DNA of 64,000 nt, from NCBI RefSeq assembly GCF_026210795.1, contig NC_089435.1, forward strand, positions 4,650,001 to 4,714,000, read 5' to 3'. Under the pieces are notes generated by a model that was not told the DNA's origin, did not search any database, and was given only the letters and a program-made list of their open reading frames with translations. This DNA is from Rhizophagus irregularis. Its lineage: Eukaryota. Position numbers and translations under genes: made by a program. How positions within the stretch are numbered: position 1 is the stretch's first letter; every line of letters begins with the position of its first letter. Below, piece after piece: positions 37,321-49,631 of the stretch.

Positions 37321-38629
37321 TGTCACCCCCGTCTGCCACCCGGCGGTAAACAAGGTTCCCTGCTTCTGTTATATGTGCTCTCAGCGAAACATTAACATTC
37401 TTGCTTGGTTTAGTTTTATTACTACTTAACTTTCAAATTGCGATAGCTCTCGCCACGATATTTCATCCATTATCTTCTTTCAAAATACGATAGTTCTCTT
37501 TACAAAAGTTTATATTTTATTCATTTCATAATTCTTGTTATGACATTAAATTCACCATGAATTTGTCCAATTAAAATTAATTAAGCGAACATTACAGTAA
37601 AGTTTAGGGCGAACCTATTACCTTTAAAATAACATTACGCTTTACTAACAATTAATTAAACAAAATTACTTTTTCATCATAAGAAAATAGTAACAAAAAC
37701 AATCGAAACAATTAATTTTCATATAAAGGGTATTTTATTTATTCTTCATAAAATTCACAATTAACTAATTTACTTAAAGTTTTACATCGTATCTGACGAC
37801 TGTGGAATTCACCTCCCATCCCGCTCCTATTTAAACCAACTTTCTTATTCTTTCTTTTCCTACTTCTTATTTCTTTCTAATATTTTATATGTTATCTTTT
37901 ATGCGCTATCTTATATGCTATTTTATATGTTATCTTTTCTAATATGTTATACTATTTTAATATGCTATCTTTTCTTTAAAATAATCTTTCGCATATTATG
38001 TCGTAAAGATATAATCCATCTTTTGTGGCTGTGCTATCTTTTCTTTAAAATGAAATAATCTTTCAAATATTATATCGTAAAGATCCATCTTTTGTGGCTG
38101 TGCTATCTTTTCTTTAAAATAAAATAATCTTTCAAATATTATATCGTAAAGATCCATCTTTTGTGGCTGTGCTATCTTTTCTTTAAAATAAAATAATCTT
38201 TCAAATATTATATCATAAAGATCCATCTTTTGTGGCTGTGCTATCTTTTCTACTGCGTCTCGTCAGCTATTCTTCTACTGCGGCTGCAGTTCATCAATAT
38301 TTTACATGTTCCTATTTTTTTTGTTCCTTTAATTCGCTATCCTTCCTTTTTATATGATTTATCATTTGTGGCTTATGATTACTCCTCCTAATTGTTCCTA
38401 TTGTTGAACTTGATAAACTTGTTGCTAAGCCACATCGATCAACTCCCCACTTGATCTATTGGTTCTCCGTTAATCATTTAATAAACATTACATCATGTAG
38501 ATCATTCCTTCTCCTAAAAGTTTATCCTTTCCGGTTAATTTCATCCAATCATGTGACTTTCTATCGTTTGATCTTTTATTCCATATTATTCCTCCATATT
38601 ATACGATTACTTCAGTATCTATGGCTACA
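37321..38629 (-). mobile_element. Solo LTR of the same Gypsy family, inverted
   Basis: Reverse complement of the LTR, 1309 bp, with one fewer 69-bp unit. TSD ACGT (37317-37320, 38630-38633). Confidence 0.96.
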
Positions 38630-38766
38630 ACGTACATCAGTTTGACTCTTGTCACGTCCTCTCCGATCTGTTGATTTATTTCAAAAAATTTTTTCTGATT
38701 CTTCTATAATTACTCCTCATATTTCAGTGACGTTTGACACTGCTGATAGTGATATTAGCGCTCTTC

Positions 38767-39210
38767 CAGGACCGGGAAAACCTATAATGGAGGTCACTGT
38801 AGTACCCGGCACACTAGTAAAATCCATTGAATTTTTTATATATACAATTTTTAATGAAGCCAAAATGTGTGGATTAAACTTATCTGTTTAAGTTTAGAGT
38901 TAAATGCATGATTTATACACTCAATTTAGATTTTTATATATTCTGTGTAACACAAAAAGGTGGTTCGCATAATTAGTAAATTTTTTAAAAAGTGGTTCGC
39001 GTTATTATAAAATTTTTTTCGGAAAATTTAATGATCTCAGTTAATATTGATATTAAAAGAATAATTTATGATTCATTTTATTTTTCAGACATTTCTGTAT
39101 GATTTGTTAGATTTTTAGTTTAATTACTTAAGAAAAATTTTTATTAATTTGGGCAAAACCATCATTTTACTATTGTCCGGTGACCTTTATTATAAGTTTT
39201 CCCAGTCCTG
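38767..39210. mobile_element. MITE with a 6-bp TSD
   Basis: 31-bp TIR CAGGAC.GGGAAAAC.TATAAT..AGGTCAC. TSD CTCTTC (38761-38766, 39211-39216). Confidence 0.9.
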
Positions 39211-41185
39211 CTCTTCCTCCAGTCTCTTCTCTGAATTATATACCTGTAGCTTCCTTACCTCCAGCTTCTGCTTCAGCCCTCTGTTATGATAATGTATAGT
39301 GATCTTCTTACACTTTCACGTTGCATACTGTTCTGAATGGATAGATACAACCTACTCAAAATGTTAGATCTAATCGCTTATATTTTATTCAACGAGGCAA
39401 TTGTTACTTCCTTTTAGATCCTACTTCTGATTTGAATAATTGTTATACAATTCATACCAATTCTCCTCTTCTTTCAACTGTTGATCCGTTTTAATTTATA
39501 TTAGACTGACCTTCACCTAATTTTAAATTTATTTTATCAAAATTTTTAACCTTTTTCTTTTACCGTTAGAATCGTATTTCTTTTCGTACTCAGCACAAAT
39601 ATTTTAATAGGTTACGTCAACTTTTGCTTATACAACGAGTAACTTCTCTTGCTCATTGATCGTCCTCTCATCAAAATAATAGACGAACTCATACTTTTAT
39701 TTAATTTCAATATCAGCAATCTTACTTTTACCTTAGCTTTTATTTTAGTTGCCCACATTGCAAGACTCCAGCTACTTATATTATGTTCCGTTTTTGTCAT
39801 GCTTGTCATATTTATGACAAGAAACTTATCTAAACTCCACCTTTCCCATCTTCTTCTCCTTTCACCTTACCTTGTAAGTGTATATCTGAAAGACAAAATG
39901 ATGGTTTTTATAAAACTGTGACTTTTCAACGCCTAGAAACTTTTTACCACAAATCTTATGCTTTCTATGATGTTCTTAAATACGATAATGGCTTGCTTAC
40001 AACTTGAACTCTTATCACATATTCTGCTCATGAATCCATATCTCATCCTACGAAGAAACAACTTGTCTGTCAACATTGTCATGAAGTTCTCCTCTCGGGC
40101 TGATTCAAATTTTACAGCATGTTGTTCATCCTGATTTCTTAAACTCTTCAATGTGGATGGCTACTAAGGAACGTGCTGTTGTCATTTCACCTTCCTTCTA
40201 CAATTTGACTATATCTACTACTGATTACTCAATTATCCTGAGTATACATAATTTAATCTTCTCGCACCTTGATATTTCCTTCTGTTTGGAAGAACGCTCC
40301 GCTCCCACCACTTCTCTATTGCGTCTGTATCCTCTCGCTTCATAAGTTTTATCTAAAAAGTGGTTTTAAATCCCTCCTCTATAGTTATATGCCACTTTAT
40401 AACTGACAAACCCAATTCTGGTTCCTTTATCAGTTTGAACTGCCCTATTATTATCAATCATAAAGATTTTAAAGCTTTTGGCTTTAATTGTTTCATTGTT
40501 GATATAGTCTGAAGAATACTTTCGAATAGTGCTTCCTTTTATGTACTTTCTTATAATTTCCTTTGGTTAATAATTTTCAAGCACAACACCTCTTCAGTAT
40601 CATGGAAACATCTCTGTAAAGCTATCTAATCTGTTATTATCAGATCAACCTTCTCTTCGACTTTTTTACATCTTTGAAATAGTAATACATGCTTTTCCTT
40701 CAAACTTGGCCGTGTCAAACTTTATGATACTTTATTGTTAATAGATATTTGCGCATCTTGGTTTGATTCACATATTTATCCTGCTCCTTCTGATTTTTAA
40801 ACACCGTGAAAATTACCTGCTAATTTTGTCTATTCTGCATTTTTATTGTGCTAATTGCACTGGCTTCTTATTAATTACTTTTACCCAATTTTCTTCCTTA
40901 TTACCTTTCTTTATGCTTATTTTAAAGCTCCTCTAATTCTCTTCTTTTGTATTTTATGAATATTAATTTTATCATTCATTCATTCTGTATCAGAAATTTA
41001 CATACAGCGCTATGATGATTGATGAATTTATCCTATTGAATTACAAAATTTTACATTTTATGTCAAACAGAATTTACACATAAAACTTTGGTTAAAAATA
41101 AATTTGGCTAACTCTGCTAGTGAACATCACGTAACTCTTTTACCGTTTCCTTTTCTACCATTTCTTCTCATCATCATAATTCTTC

Positions 41186-41588
41186 TTTGGCGACAGTTTT
41201 TCAGAATTCCTGGATTTCTTGGATATCCTCTTCTATAATCTGGGGTGAATCTTAGATCTTGCACTTGGATTTTCTACGCCGCTTAACAGTTTAAGCTCTT
41301 AGAGTCTCTTTCTAGTAACAGACTGGATTTTTGGATGTTGGATAGTTGACTCACACTGGCCTTCAGGTAAAGTTAGGATATGCGACTTTGTAATAGTTTA
41401 GTTTTTCTTTCTTTAATTTTATTTTAGTTTAGATTTCTTTACTTGTGTGAGTCGTGAAGCTATTCTTTTTATTTTTTTATTAGTTTATTTTCTTATTTTT
41501 GTAATATTGTTCGATCTTTAAATTTTTGAAGTTAAATATGAATAAAAGATAAAGTCATAAGACTGTTTGCACAGTAAAAGGATAAAAC
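41186..41588 (+). repeat. ~400-bp direct repeat, copy 2
   Basis: Matches 20712-21113. Confidence 0.92.
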
Positions 41589-42577
41589 CAAGGGCTGATA
41601 ACCTTAGTGCAGTCGTTAAAGTGGTACTTCCTCATATAGCCTAAGTAAAATAAGGTCACAGGTTCAATTCTGCCGATCACAAAAATAAAACGAATTTTAC
41701 TGCAAACGCTACAACTAATAGCGTGAAGGTACAGGGATTAGTGTAATTGGATTGTTTTATGGTGAATTAGTATGTATGGTTAGGCTGCACATTTCAACTA
41801 AGGTTATGGTGTTCTTCTAATGTTCTCTATGAGGCCATTAACATGTACGCAGTCCTGTCCTTGAGGTCACTACTATACCTTAGGGGGACTTCCTGTTCAG
41901 GTAGTCACTCCACGATACCACTTAAGGTCAGTAATAGCTAGATGGTCATCCACTCATCCTAGATGGTAAAGTTGAAATGCAATGTCTTGGTGGTAGTTTG
42001 ACCTTCTGTTAGGTCTTAGACTAACCAAGATATTTGTGCACAGAACAGGTAGCATGATTATAAGGTTCGATTTCCCATTTTTTGAGTCCTGGTTGGTAAT
42101 CCCTGATGATTGATACCCACTATAAGGCGTGATCCTGGACAGATGCCTGCTACTTCCTGTTTGAGTAGTCACTACAAAATATATCACTTGGGGTAAACAA
42201 CTGTACTATTGGTGCTGGATAATCGCAGGTTGTAATGACCTTTGAGTGAGACCTCGTACCTAAAATTGTGGTATGGAAGGGTACTAGATGGTTGATGTTA
42301 CCTGTCAAAAGTCCTCCATTAAAGTAAGTACTCTCCAAAGGTAGTAAAATAAATTGAGTACCAGTATCATGCAATGGGTATAGAATGAGTAGGTAGTGTA
42401 TTCCTAACTTCAGATCAGCTTTAAAAGTGGCACAATGGGGATATCTTCAAAAAGTGGTGCTGTTAACCTGAGAAATTAAGTACTCAGTATAATGTTACTC
42501 ATGAAGATGATAGGATACTAGTCTAAGGATACCTCAAAAAGAGGTAGAGAGAGGCTTGGCCATAAACACTAGTAAAA
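41589..42577 (+). mobile_element. Putative tRNA-headed SINE-like insertion (~1 kb)
   Basis: A-box-like TAGTGCAGTCG (41605), CTCATA loop (41631), B-box-like GGTTCAATTC (41661). Higher GC and non-coding. Flanked by the 14-bp direct repeat TAAAAGGATAAAAC. Confidence 0.6.
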
Positions 42578-43249
42578 TAAAAGGATAAAACTACCACCAT
42601 TCGATTCGCCTTAGTGAGACAATTCTAACAAGCTATGGTACATCATTGTACGATTATTAGATGTCAAGTTATTTAATATATTCTTTATATAACTGTGATT
42701 ATAAACGGTTTTTTTTAATATAAGATTTTTGAGGATAGGTGTGATAGTGACTATAGATAGATTATGACTATATAGGATAGATTTTAATAATAAAGTATTT
42801 TGAACATTCAACTGGTGTAACTATATAGTAGAATGTAACTATAACGGAAGTGACTATAGAGGGAGTTGACTGTACTTAAATACTTTATAATTATACAGTA
42901 TTATTATTAGTATTTATTTAAATTATAAATAAATATTACTAATTTGAAATTAAATTACACATAATAATCCACAATTTCATTATATCTAAAAGGAATCTGT
43001 AAAATATCATTATTTACCCAAAAAATATACCTGCTCGAAACTCATTTAACAATAAAATTCAAAAATTTGAAACTCAAAAACTTTAATTTTAATGAAAAAA
43101 TTGGTAAATCTGAAACTTTTCTAAACTATAATTAGTTTTGAAAAAACATAAAAACAGTTTAGGCAATTAAGTTTATTATAAAAAATAGTTTTAGATTGAA
43201 TTTTGATTAAACTAAAATTTTGAAAAAATAGTTTTGGCAAGGCTTCCTT

Positions 43250-43710
43250 AATACCTGCAAAAAAAAAGAAAAGAAATTAAAAAAAAATTTTGAAGTAAAA
43301 TGAAATTTTGAAACTTACTAATCTATTTCAAATATTAAAATTTATATATATTTATAAATCTTGATCTTCTTTTTTTATTCTTCAGAAATTCACCTATAAA
43401 AAAAAAGAAAAAAAAGTTAGTAAAAACTGCTTATTAATATTAAAAAATAAAAACTAAAACTAAAATTTGTATTTACTTATGAATTTTAGTTTTTCTATTT
43501 TTTGAAATTCAGAAGTCTACTCAAACCTAAAAAAATAAAAAAAAGAATAGTTATTAGTAATCATTTATTAACATTAAAAAAAGTAAAAAAAATAAAATTA
43601 AGATTTGTATTTACTTAAAAATTTTAGTTTTTCTGTTTTTCAGAATTCAGAAATCTACTTGAACTTATAAAAAAAAAAAGAATAGTTATTAGTAACCATT
43701 TATTAACAAT
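43250..43710 (-). repeat. Degenerate micro-exon/intron tandem units on the minus strand
   Basis: Repeated (plus-strand) TTACTTA..exon..CCTA(A)n..TTAGTAA, i.e. donor, acceptor and branch-site-like motifs on the minus strand. Period ~140 bp. Confidence 0.5.
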
Positions 43711-44169
43711 CATTAGATAAATTCACGTTACATGAATTTATTAGTAAAAAAATTTTGTATAACATAAAAGAGAAGACTTTGATTTTATTACAAGTTGATA
43801 AACAATTACATTAGTATAATAATTTAATAAATAAAATTAATTCTCTAATCATGTGCTATATCATGTAATTTTTTTTTAATATGTTCATCATTTAAAAAAA
43901 ATGTATAAGTCATAAAATTTTGAATTTTTAAGTTATTTTTTTTAAGATCCTTCTAAGTTTGAAACTTTAGAAGCCTATTCTTTACATTATTAAATAAAGC
44001 AAAATGTATTTTTTTTGAACTTAAAATATAAAAAGTGGTTTATACAAGAACTTTTGTGTAAAGTCAAATTTTTAAATTTATATTACAAGAGAAGAGTCAA
44101 TTTTAGTAAATTTATTTTTAAAAATATTTGATTTTTTTTTTGTTATTTAAATAATAGCATTTAACTCTT

Positions 44170-45300
44170 TGAATATCCTATGTATGTAGAAGGTAAATTA
44201 ACTAAAATATTGCTAAATTCTTCTTTGGTTGGCATTGTTTCTTTAAGCAATAAAGTTTTAATATTTTTTTTTCTTCATTTATTATAACTATTATTTTACG
44301 TTTAGGAGCAAGATCTATATCATTTAATTGTTGAAAATTTTCATTAATTGGTACTGAACCAGATGCTGTGCTTTCATTATTTCCCTCAAGTACTTTTCTT
44401 TTTTGTAAAGATACTATTGATTTATTTATCAATTTTATATCTGTTTTAACTACTTTTAAATGTTATCTTTCTTTTGTATTTATTTGTTCAGTTTAATAAC
44501 TTCTTGACAATAAACTTCCTTTATTCTTTTTAATCCTTTATTATAAGCATTATTTAACTTTTCCAATTTTTTTTGAATTAATCATGATTAAGGTTGCTTG
44601 TCTAAACCTCTTCAAAATCCTACGATTAGTTTCATCAAAATTTTACTATAGATTTATTATAGTTTTGGCAGAGTTTTGGCAGTTTTGGCATTTATAATAA
44701 GTTTCGGCAGTTTCGCCTTTCTCCAAAGTTTCGCCAGTTTTTTAATATAACTTTAATATAGTTTCGGCAGAATTTCACTTTTCGGCGAAACGCCATCTTG
44801 CCTAAACTCCTAGGTTTCAGCAAGCAACCTTAATCATGATGGTGAATTATTTTTAAAAACCTTGTATTCTATATAATTACTTATTTCAAATATTTTTATT
44901 AGGTTTTCTACCAATTTATATAGAGAGTCAATTCTATTATCAACTTTACGATTTTTTCTATTATAATTATTAGAATCTAAAATTCATTTAATAATACATC
45001 AATTCTCTCCTTTTCTTCCTAAGTTGCCCTAATTTGAAGATTTAGATTTTCTTGATTAATGACATTTTCAATTATATTTTTTTTAACATACCTAACTCCA
45101 TATATTTCTAAAGTTTTATCAAATTCTGAATAGTGACCTTTTTTTGTTAAATTAATAGAAGCATAATATTGAAGTTTTTTTTCAAGTTGAGGTACTTTTT
45201 AAGGATTAACAAAAATGAGCCACAGATGTCATATAGTTATTTTTGCTAATAGCTGGAAAAAGAGGAGCGAAAGCTGTTAGACTATCTTTAGAATCATCAT
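44170..45300 (-). pseudogene. Decayed coding remnant, possibly the C-terminus of an Academ-like transposase
   Basis: Manual translation gives SLTAFAPLFPAISKNNYMTSVAHF/..YYASINLTKKGHYSEFDKTLEIYGVRYVKKNI, with stops, frameshifts and a MITE insertion. The family call is tentative. Confidence 0.45.
44589..44832 (+). mobile_element. 244-bp hAT-type MITE, copy 3
   Basis: Same TIR. TSD ATCATGAT. Confidence 0.95.
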
Positions 45301-45435
45301 CTTGGTTTACAACTTTTTTGTGTGAGTTGACTAATTGTAGTTGAATGGATTTGCCAGATGTGTGATTGTTTTTGTCAAGTTGTAACTTTTTTAATTAACT
45401 TATGGCATGGTCCCATTGTGGCCAATTATAACCTA

Positions 45436-45952
45436 CATCAGGAAATTTGTTTAAGCGTAATTTAGTGTAATATTATAAAATTTCAAAATATTACACTAAA
45501 AACGTAATATTACAAAAGTTTACGCTTTTAAATTTGAATAATTATAGTAATTTAAGAATATCTCGCTATCTACTGATCTAATCAAGATGATCTATAGGCT
45601 ATAGCTTATTGGAATCAGCTCATCAAACTGAATCGAATGGTAATAAAATCATATCTCTACGTTCGATAGATGACTTCCTATTAATTTAAAACTTTATTGT
45701 ATACTATAGAGCGTTCTATTAACTGTAGAAATGCAATTTTACTACTATTCGATTCGTCTTGATAAGCTGATTCCAATGAGCTATAGATCATCTTGATTGG
45801 ATCAGTAGATAGCAAGATATTCTTAAATTACTATAATTATTCAAATTTAAAAGCGTAAACTTTGTAATATTACGTTTTTAGTGTAATATTTCGAAATTTT
45901 ACACCACCTCTGAAATATTACACTAAATTACGCCTAAACAAATTTTCTGATG
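45436..45952. mobile_element. Fold-back MITE with ~220-bp arms and a TA TSD
   Basis: TA|CATCAGGAAATTTGTTTA...TAAACAAATTTTCTGATG|TA. The arms are complementary almost to the centre. Confidence 0.9.
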
Positions 45953-48900
45953 TATATAACGTAATAATAAATAGAGGCTAATATAAAAATTTATTTTTAA
46001 AAACATCATATAAATTTATTTACCATATAGGCCGATTTTCAGAATTAATAAAATTAGGATATTTTACAAAATTTACGAGTTACTACAACTCAAAATATAA
46101 AATTATGTTTCACAAATCAAATCAAGGTTGTGTAATATAAATTTAATTTATTTATAATGATAAAAATATTTTTCTTTCACAAACTCTCTATTAGTTTTTT
46201 CATTAGTTTTTAATCAGTTTTTTAAATTAAATAAGCTGAATAGCTTTAAAAGTATATAGAGTAGTTTTTCTACTTTATATACAAGTAATAGCTTTCTTTT
46301 TTATTATTTGAAAGTTTTTTTAACATTTTATAGCAAAAAAAATACATTACTCAATAGAAATCTTTAAAAAATCATAATTAATAGTTTTAATAAATTGTAA
46401 CAAATTAAATTATGAATTAATAAAATATTTAGTTAAAATTTATTTGTATTTATTTTTAAATAATTTATTATTTTTTAGTTTTTTTTTTTATTAAATATTA
46501 TGATTTTTTTTTCTTTTTTTTTAATAAACTAACTATAATATTTTTTCTTTATTTTTTTAGGGTGTATTCATTATTTTCAGGTTGAAAAAGCAAATATTAT
46601 AATAGAAATTTTGAAAGAATTATTATTTTTAATATAATATTTGATTTTTTTTTATTTGGAAACAGTTTGAAACGTCACACTCAGCTAATTAAACATCATG
46701 TGATCCAAATTCTTAATTCTACCATTAGTAGATATGTTTAGTACTATTTGATAAATATTGAATTTTCATTATTAAATACTGCATATTATGATAAAAATTT
46801 CATTGATGATGCTCATTAATGTTAAATATTACATGTTTATTTAAAATAATGAATATTATAATATAAATTTATGATATAAAAATTTTTTTTTAATATGTTA
46901 TAAGTTTAAAAAAGTAGATTTTATCATAATTTAAAATATATTTATATAATAAAAACTTGTAAATTTCAGAAAATATATATATTACTTAAATAAAATAGTA
47001 GTTCTTTCATTTTTGTCAATTACTTAAAATTGTATATAATAATAATACTATAATAATACTTAAAATTTTAATATATGATAATTGTATTGTTATAGTTTTA
47101 ATGGTTAAATAAACTGGAAAGATATTCTTTCAGATTAAAAATTAATATTAAATTTATTTATAATTGAAGTTTTTTCTTTAGCCGGTCTAAGCAAAAAACA
47201 AAAGTGAAGGTTACATAAGATGATAAATGAAGTTACACATGTAGTAATAATGGAAGGAAGGGAAAAATGCCAAGCTCTGGACAATTTTCACAAGAGTAAT
47301 CAAGACAACAACGCGTCCTCAACACAGCACGCAAGTGACGAATGGTCACAACAATAACAAAAAGGATACAAAGCAGGTGGTGAAGCAGAAAAAAAAAATA
47401 TACATCTAGAAACAAATGAACTAATGGTTGAAAGGAGGGATTTTTAAAAGAATCAAGACAACATAGAAGAAGTAGTTAATTCATTGACAAGTGAAGAAAG
47501 TATTAATGTATTCTTAGCAAGACAAAAACTAAGATTTGTTAAGGAGAATTTGAATAAACAAGAAATGAAAGATTCAATGTTTTTAGAGTTGAACATTGCA
47601 GCACACAATATAGATGAGATTACTAGTGTCCTGTCTATACAGAAACTTCATAACTTATTGGAATTCATTAATGAAAATAGCATCGATATTATTGCTATAT
47701 CAGAAACTAATATAGACTATTAACAGGAATATTATATAAACCAGGACATTAAGTCAAAAGTCTATTCGATAATCTTCAGTGAACATGATCAAAAAACTAA
47801 AGAATCAGGAACAGCACTTGTGATCCATAACAGATGGATGAAGCATTATTACTCAGTAGTGTGCATATCTTTATATATCATAATAGCTAAATTCTTGTTT
47901 GTACAGAGAGAAATATGGGTATGGTCAATATACGCTGCTCCTAACGATCAAGACATGAGAAAAAGTTTGATCGATGAATTGAAAATGGCTATGAAGGGAC
48001 ATAACCGATCAGTTCATAACACCATAGTACTGCATGTTGTATTAGGCGATTTCAATGACACAATTAATAATAAAATAGATCGATCGCCAGCACTGAACAA
48101 CCAGGATCTCAATTTTTAATACAATTATCGCAGTTAGGTCTCTATGATGTGTGCCGAGTTCTCTATCCAGATGCAGAGTTATTCACACATGAGAAATGGA
48201 ATAAAAACAAAAATAGATCAGCTCCTATCTCAAAATCAAGGATTGATTAAATCTGGATCATACATGAACCCAATGTGATTTCAGTAGAATTTTTGGTGCA
48301 CTCATTACAGATGGTCACAAACAGTCACCATAGTATTATATCAACAACGCTAAATATATCAGGATTTATTAGGAATAATTTCTGGCATTGTATCCCAGAT
48401 CAATTACAGGATCCAGATTTACATCAAGATAAACGTATAGTGGATATCAGTAAAATAACCAATATGCAATGAGAAAATTTTATTGAAACATTAGATAGGA
48501 AAATAGAAGCATAGGACTTTCAACAACTAATAGAGGAAGTTAATTATGAAATACAATTAGGTGACGAAAAGAACGCTGATGGAGAAAAAATAAAATGTAG
48601 ATTTAATGAACTTTGGGATAATATTATAAGTGCTATATCTATAGCGATAAATATAGAACTTTCCATAAAAATAGTTAAATATCCAGGAAGCCGCAATACA
48701 AGACATAAGTTAACATTTGCAGATAAAACTATGCGACATACTACTAAATTGGGAAGTTTAATTAGAAAAATCTGTAAAGATCAGGATTTTATTGCCGCCA
48801 AAGATGCCTATTGAATAGATTATTGGCTGAACAGATTTAATAAATATAATGATGATTATAAAAGGAAAAAATACAATAAATTCATAGATAAGTATAAGGA

Positions 48901-49387
48901 AATTATTATTCCTACACACAGCCTTTTTAGTGACACATGGATTAATATTGTTAAAGATGTAGTTAAAAAAAGAGTTAAAATAGACAAAAATTATTTACAA
49001 GTACAACGTTTAAGCAAGATCCAAAATAGCATAGAAAAACGTTGCAACATTATATACTCAGATATTCCTAAATGGCTACTTTCCACACAAGATGTTGTTA
49101 AGGAGCACATTATTATTGATTGAGCAGTAATATCCAACGAGAATGAAAGTGTTAAACTAGCGCTTGATCCTAATACAATTAGAACCTATACAAAAGATAC
49201 TTTTGCAGGAATTTTACAAAAACACAATACTAAATCGATAGAGCAAGACATTTTCTGGAACAATATATATAGGCCAAAAGGTAAATTTACTGAATGTATA
49301 GCTAATTTAATGGATGAGATAATGTTAGAAGAATGGCAGCAAACACTTGAACAGGTGAACATAAACTCAGTGCCAGGTCCTTCAGGC

Positions 49388-49631
49388 TAAGGTTGCTTGC
49401 CGAAACCTAGGGGTTTAGGCAAGATGGCATTTCGCCGAAAAGCGAAATTCTGCCAAAACTATATTAAAGTTATATTAAAAAACTGGCGAAACTTTGGAGA
49501 AAGGCGAAACTGCCGAAACTTATTATAAATGCCGAAACTGCCAAAACTCTGCCAAAACTATAATAAATCTATAGTAAAATTTTGACGAAACTAATCGTAG
49601 GATTTTGAAGAGGTTTAGACAAGCAACCTTA
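49388..49631 (-). mobile_element. 244-bp hAT-type MITE, copy 4 (inverted), inside the LINE RT region
   Basis: Same TIR. TSD CTTCAGG(C/T). Confidence 0.95.

Larger units (their letters stand above)
36695..41100 (+). pseudogene. Decayed long coding region of the second repeat-delimited segment, interrupted by a solo LTR and a MITE
   Basis: The ORF from 36695 (ATG 36746) runs up to the solo LTR. Reading resumes at 38634 and continues across the MITE (DISAL|PPVSS), then decays. A CQHC motif lies near 40067. Confidence 0.45.
19767..42872. mobile_element. TA-flanked Tc1/mariner-pogo-type non-autonomous element expanded to 23 kb by nested insertions
   Basis: Left TA|CAATCAACTCTCTTTATAGTCAC pairs with right GTGACTATAGAGGGAGTTGACTG|TA. 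The internal repeat ...TACCACCATTCGATTCG resumes at 42592. Confidence 0.8.

Noticed and set aside
20712..41588. Canonical LTR pair formed by the 400-bp repeats
   Set aside because: No TG..CA ends, PBS, PPT or 4-6-bp TSD, and the boundary motif recurs internally.
41592..41680. Functional tRNA-Met gene
   Set aside because: The acceptor and anticodon stems do not pair cleanly, so it is better read as a derived head.
42100..42150. Hammerhead ribozyme at CTGATGA
   Set aside because: No correctly placed GAAA core or flanking stems were seen.
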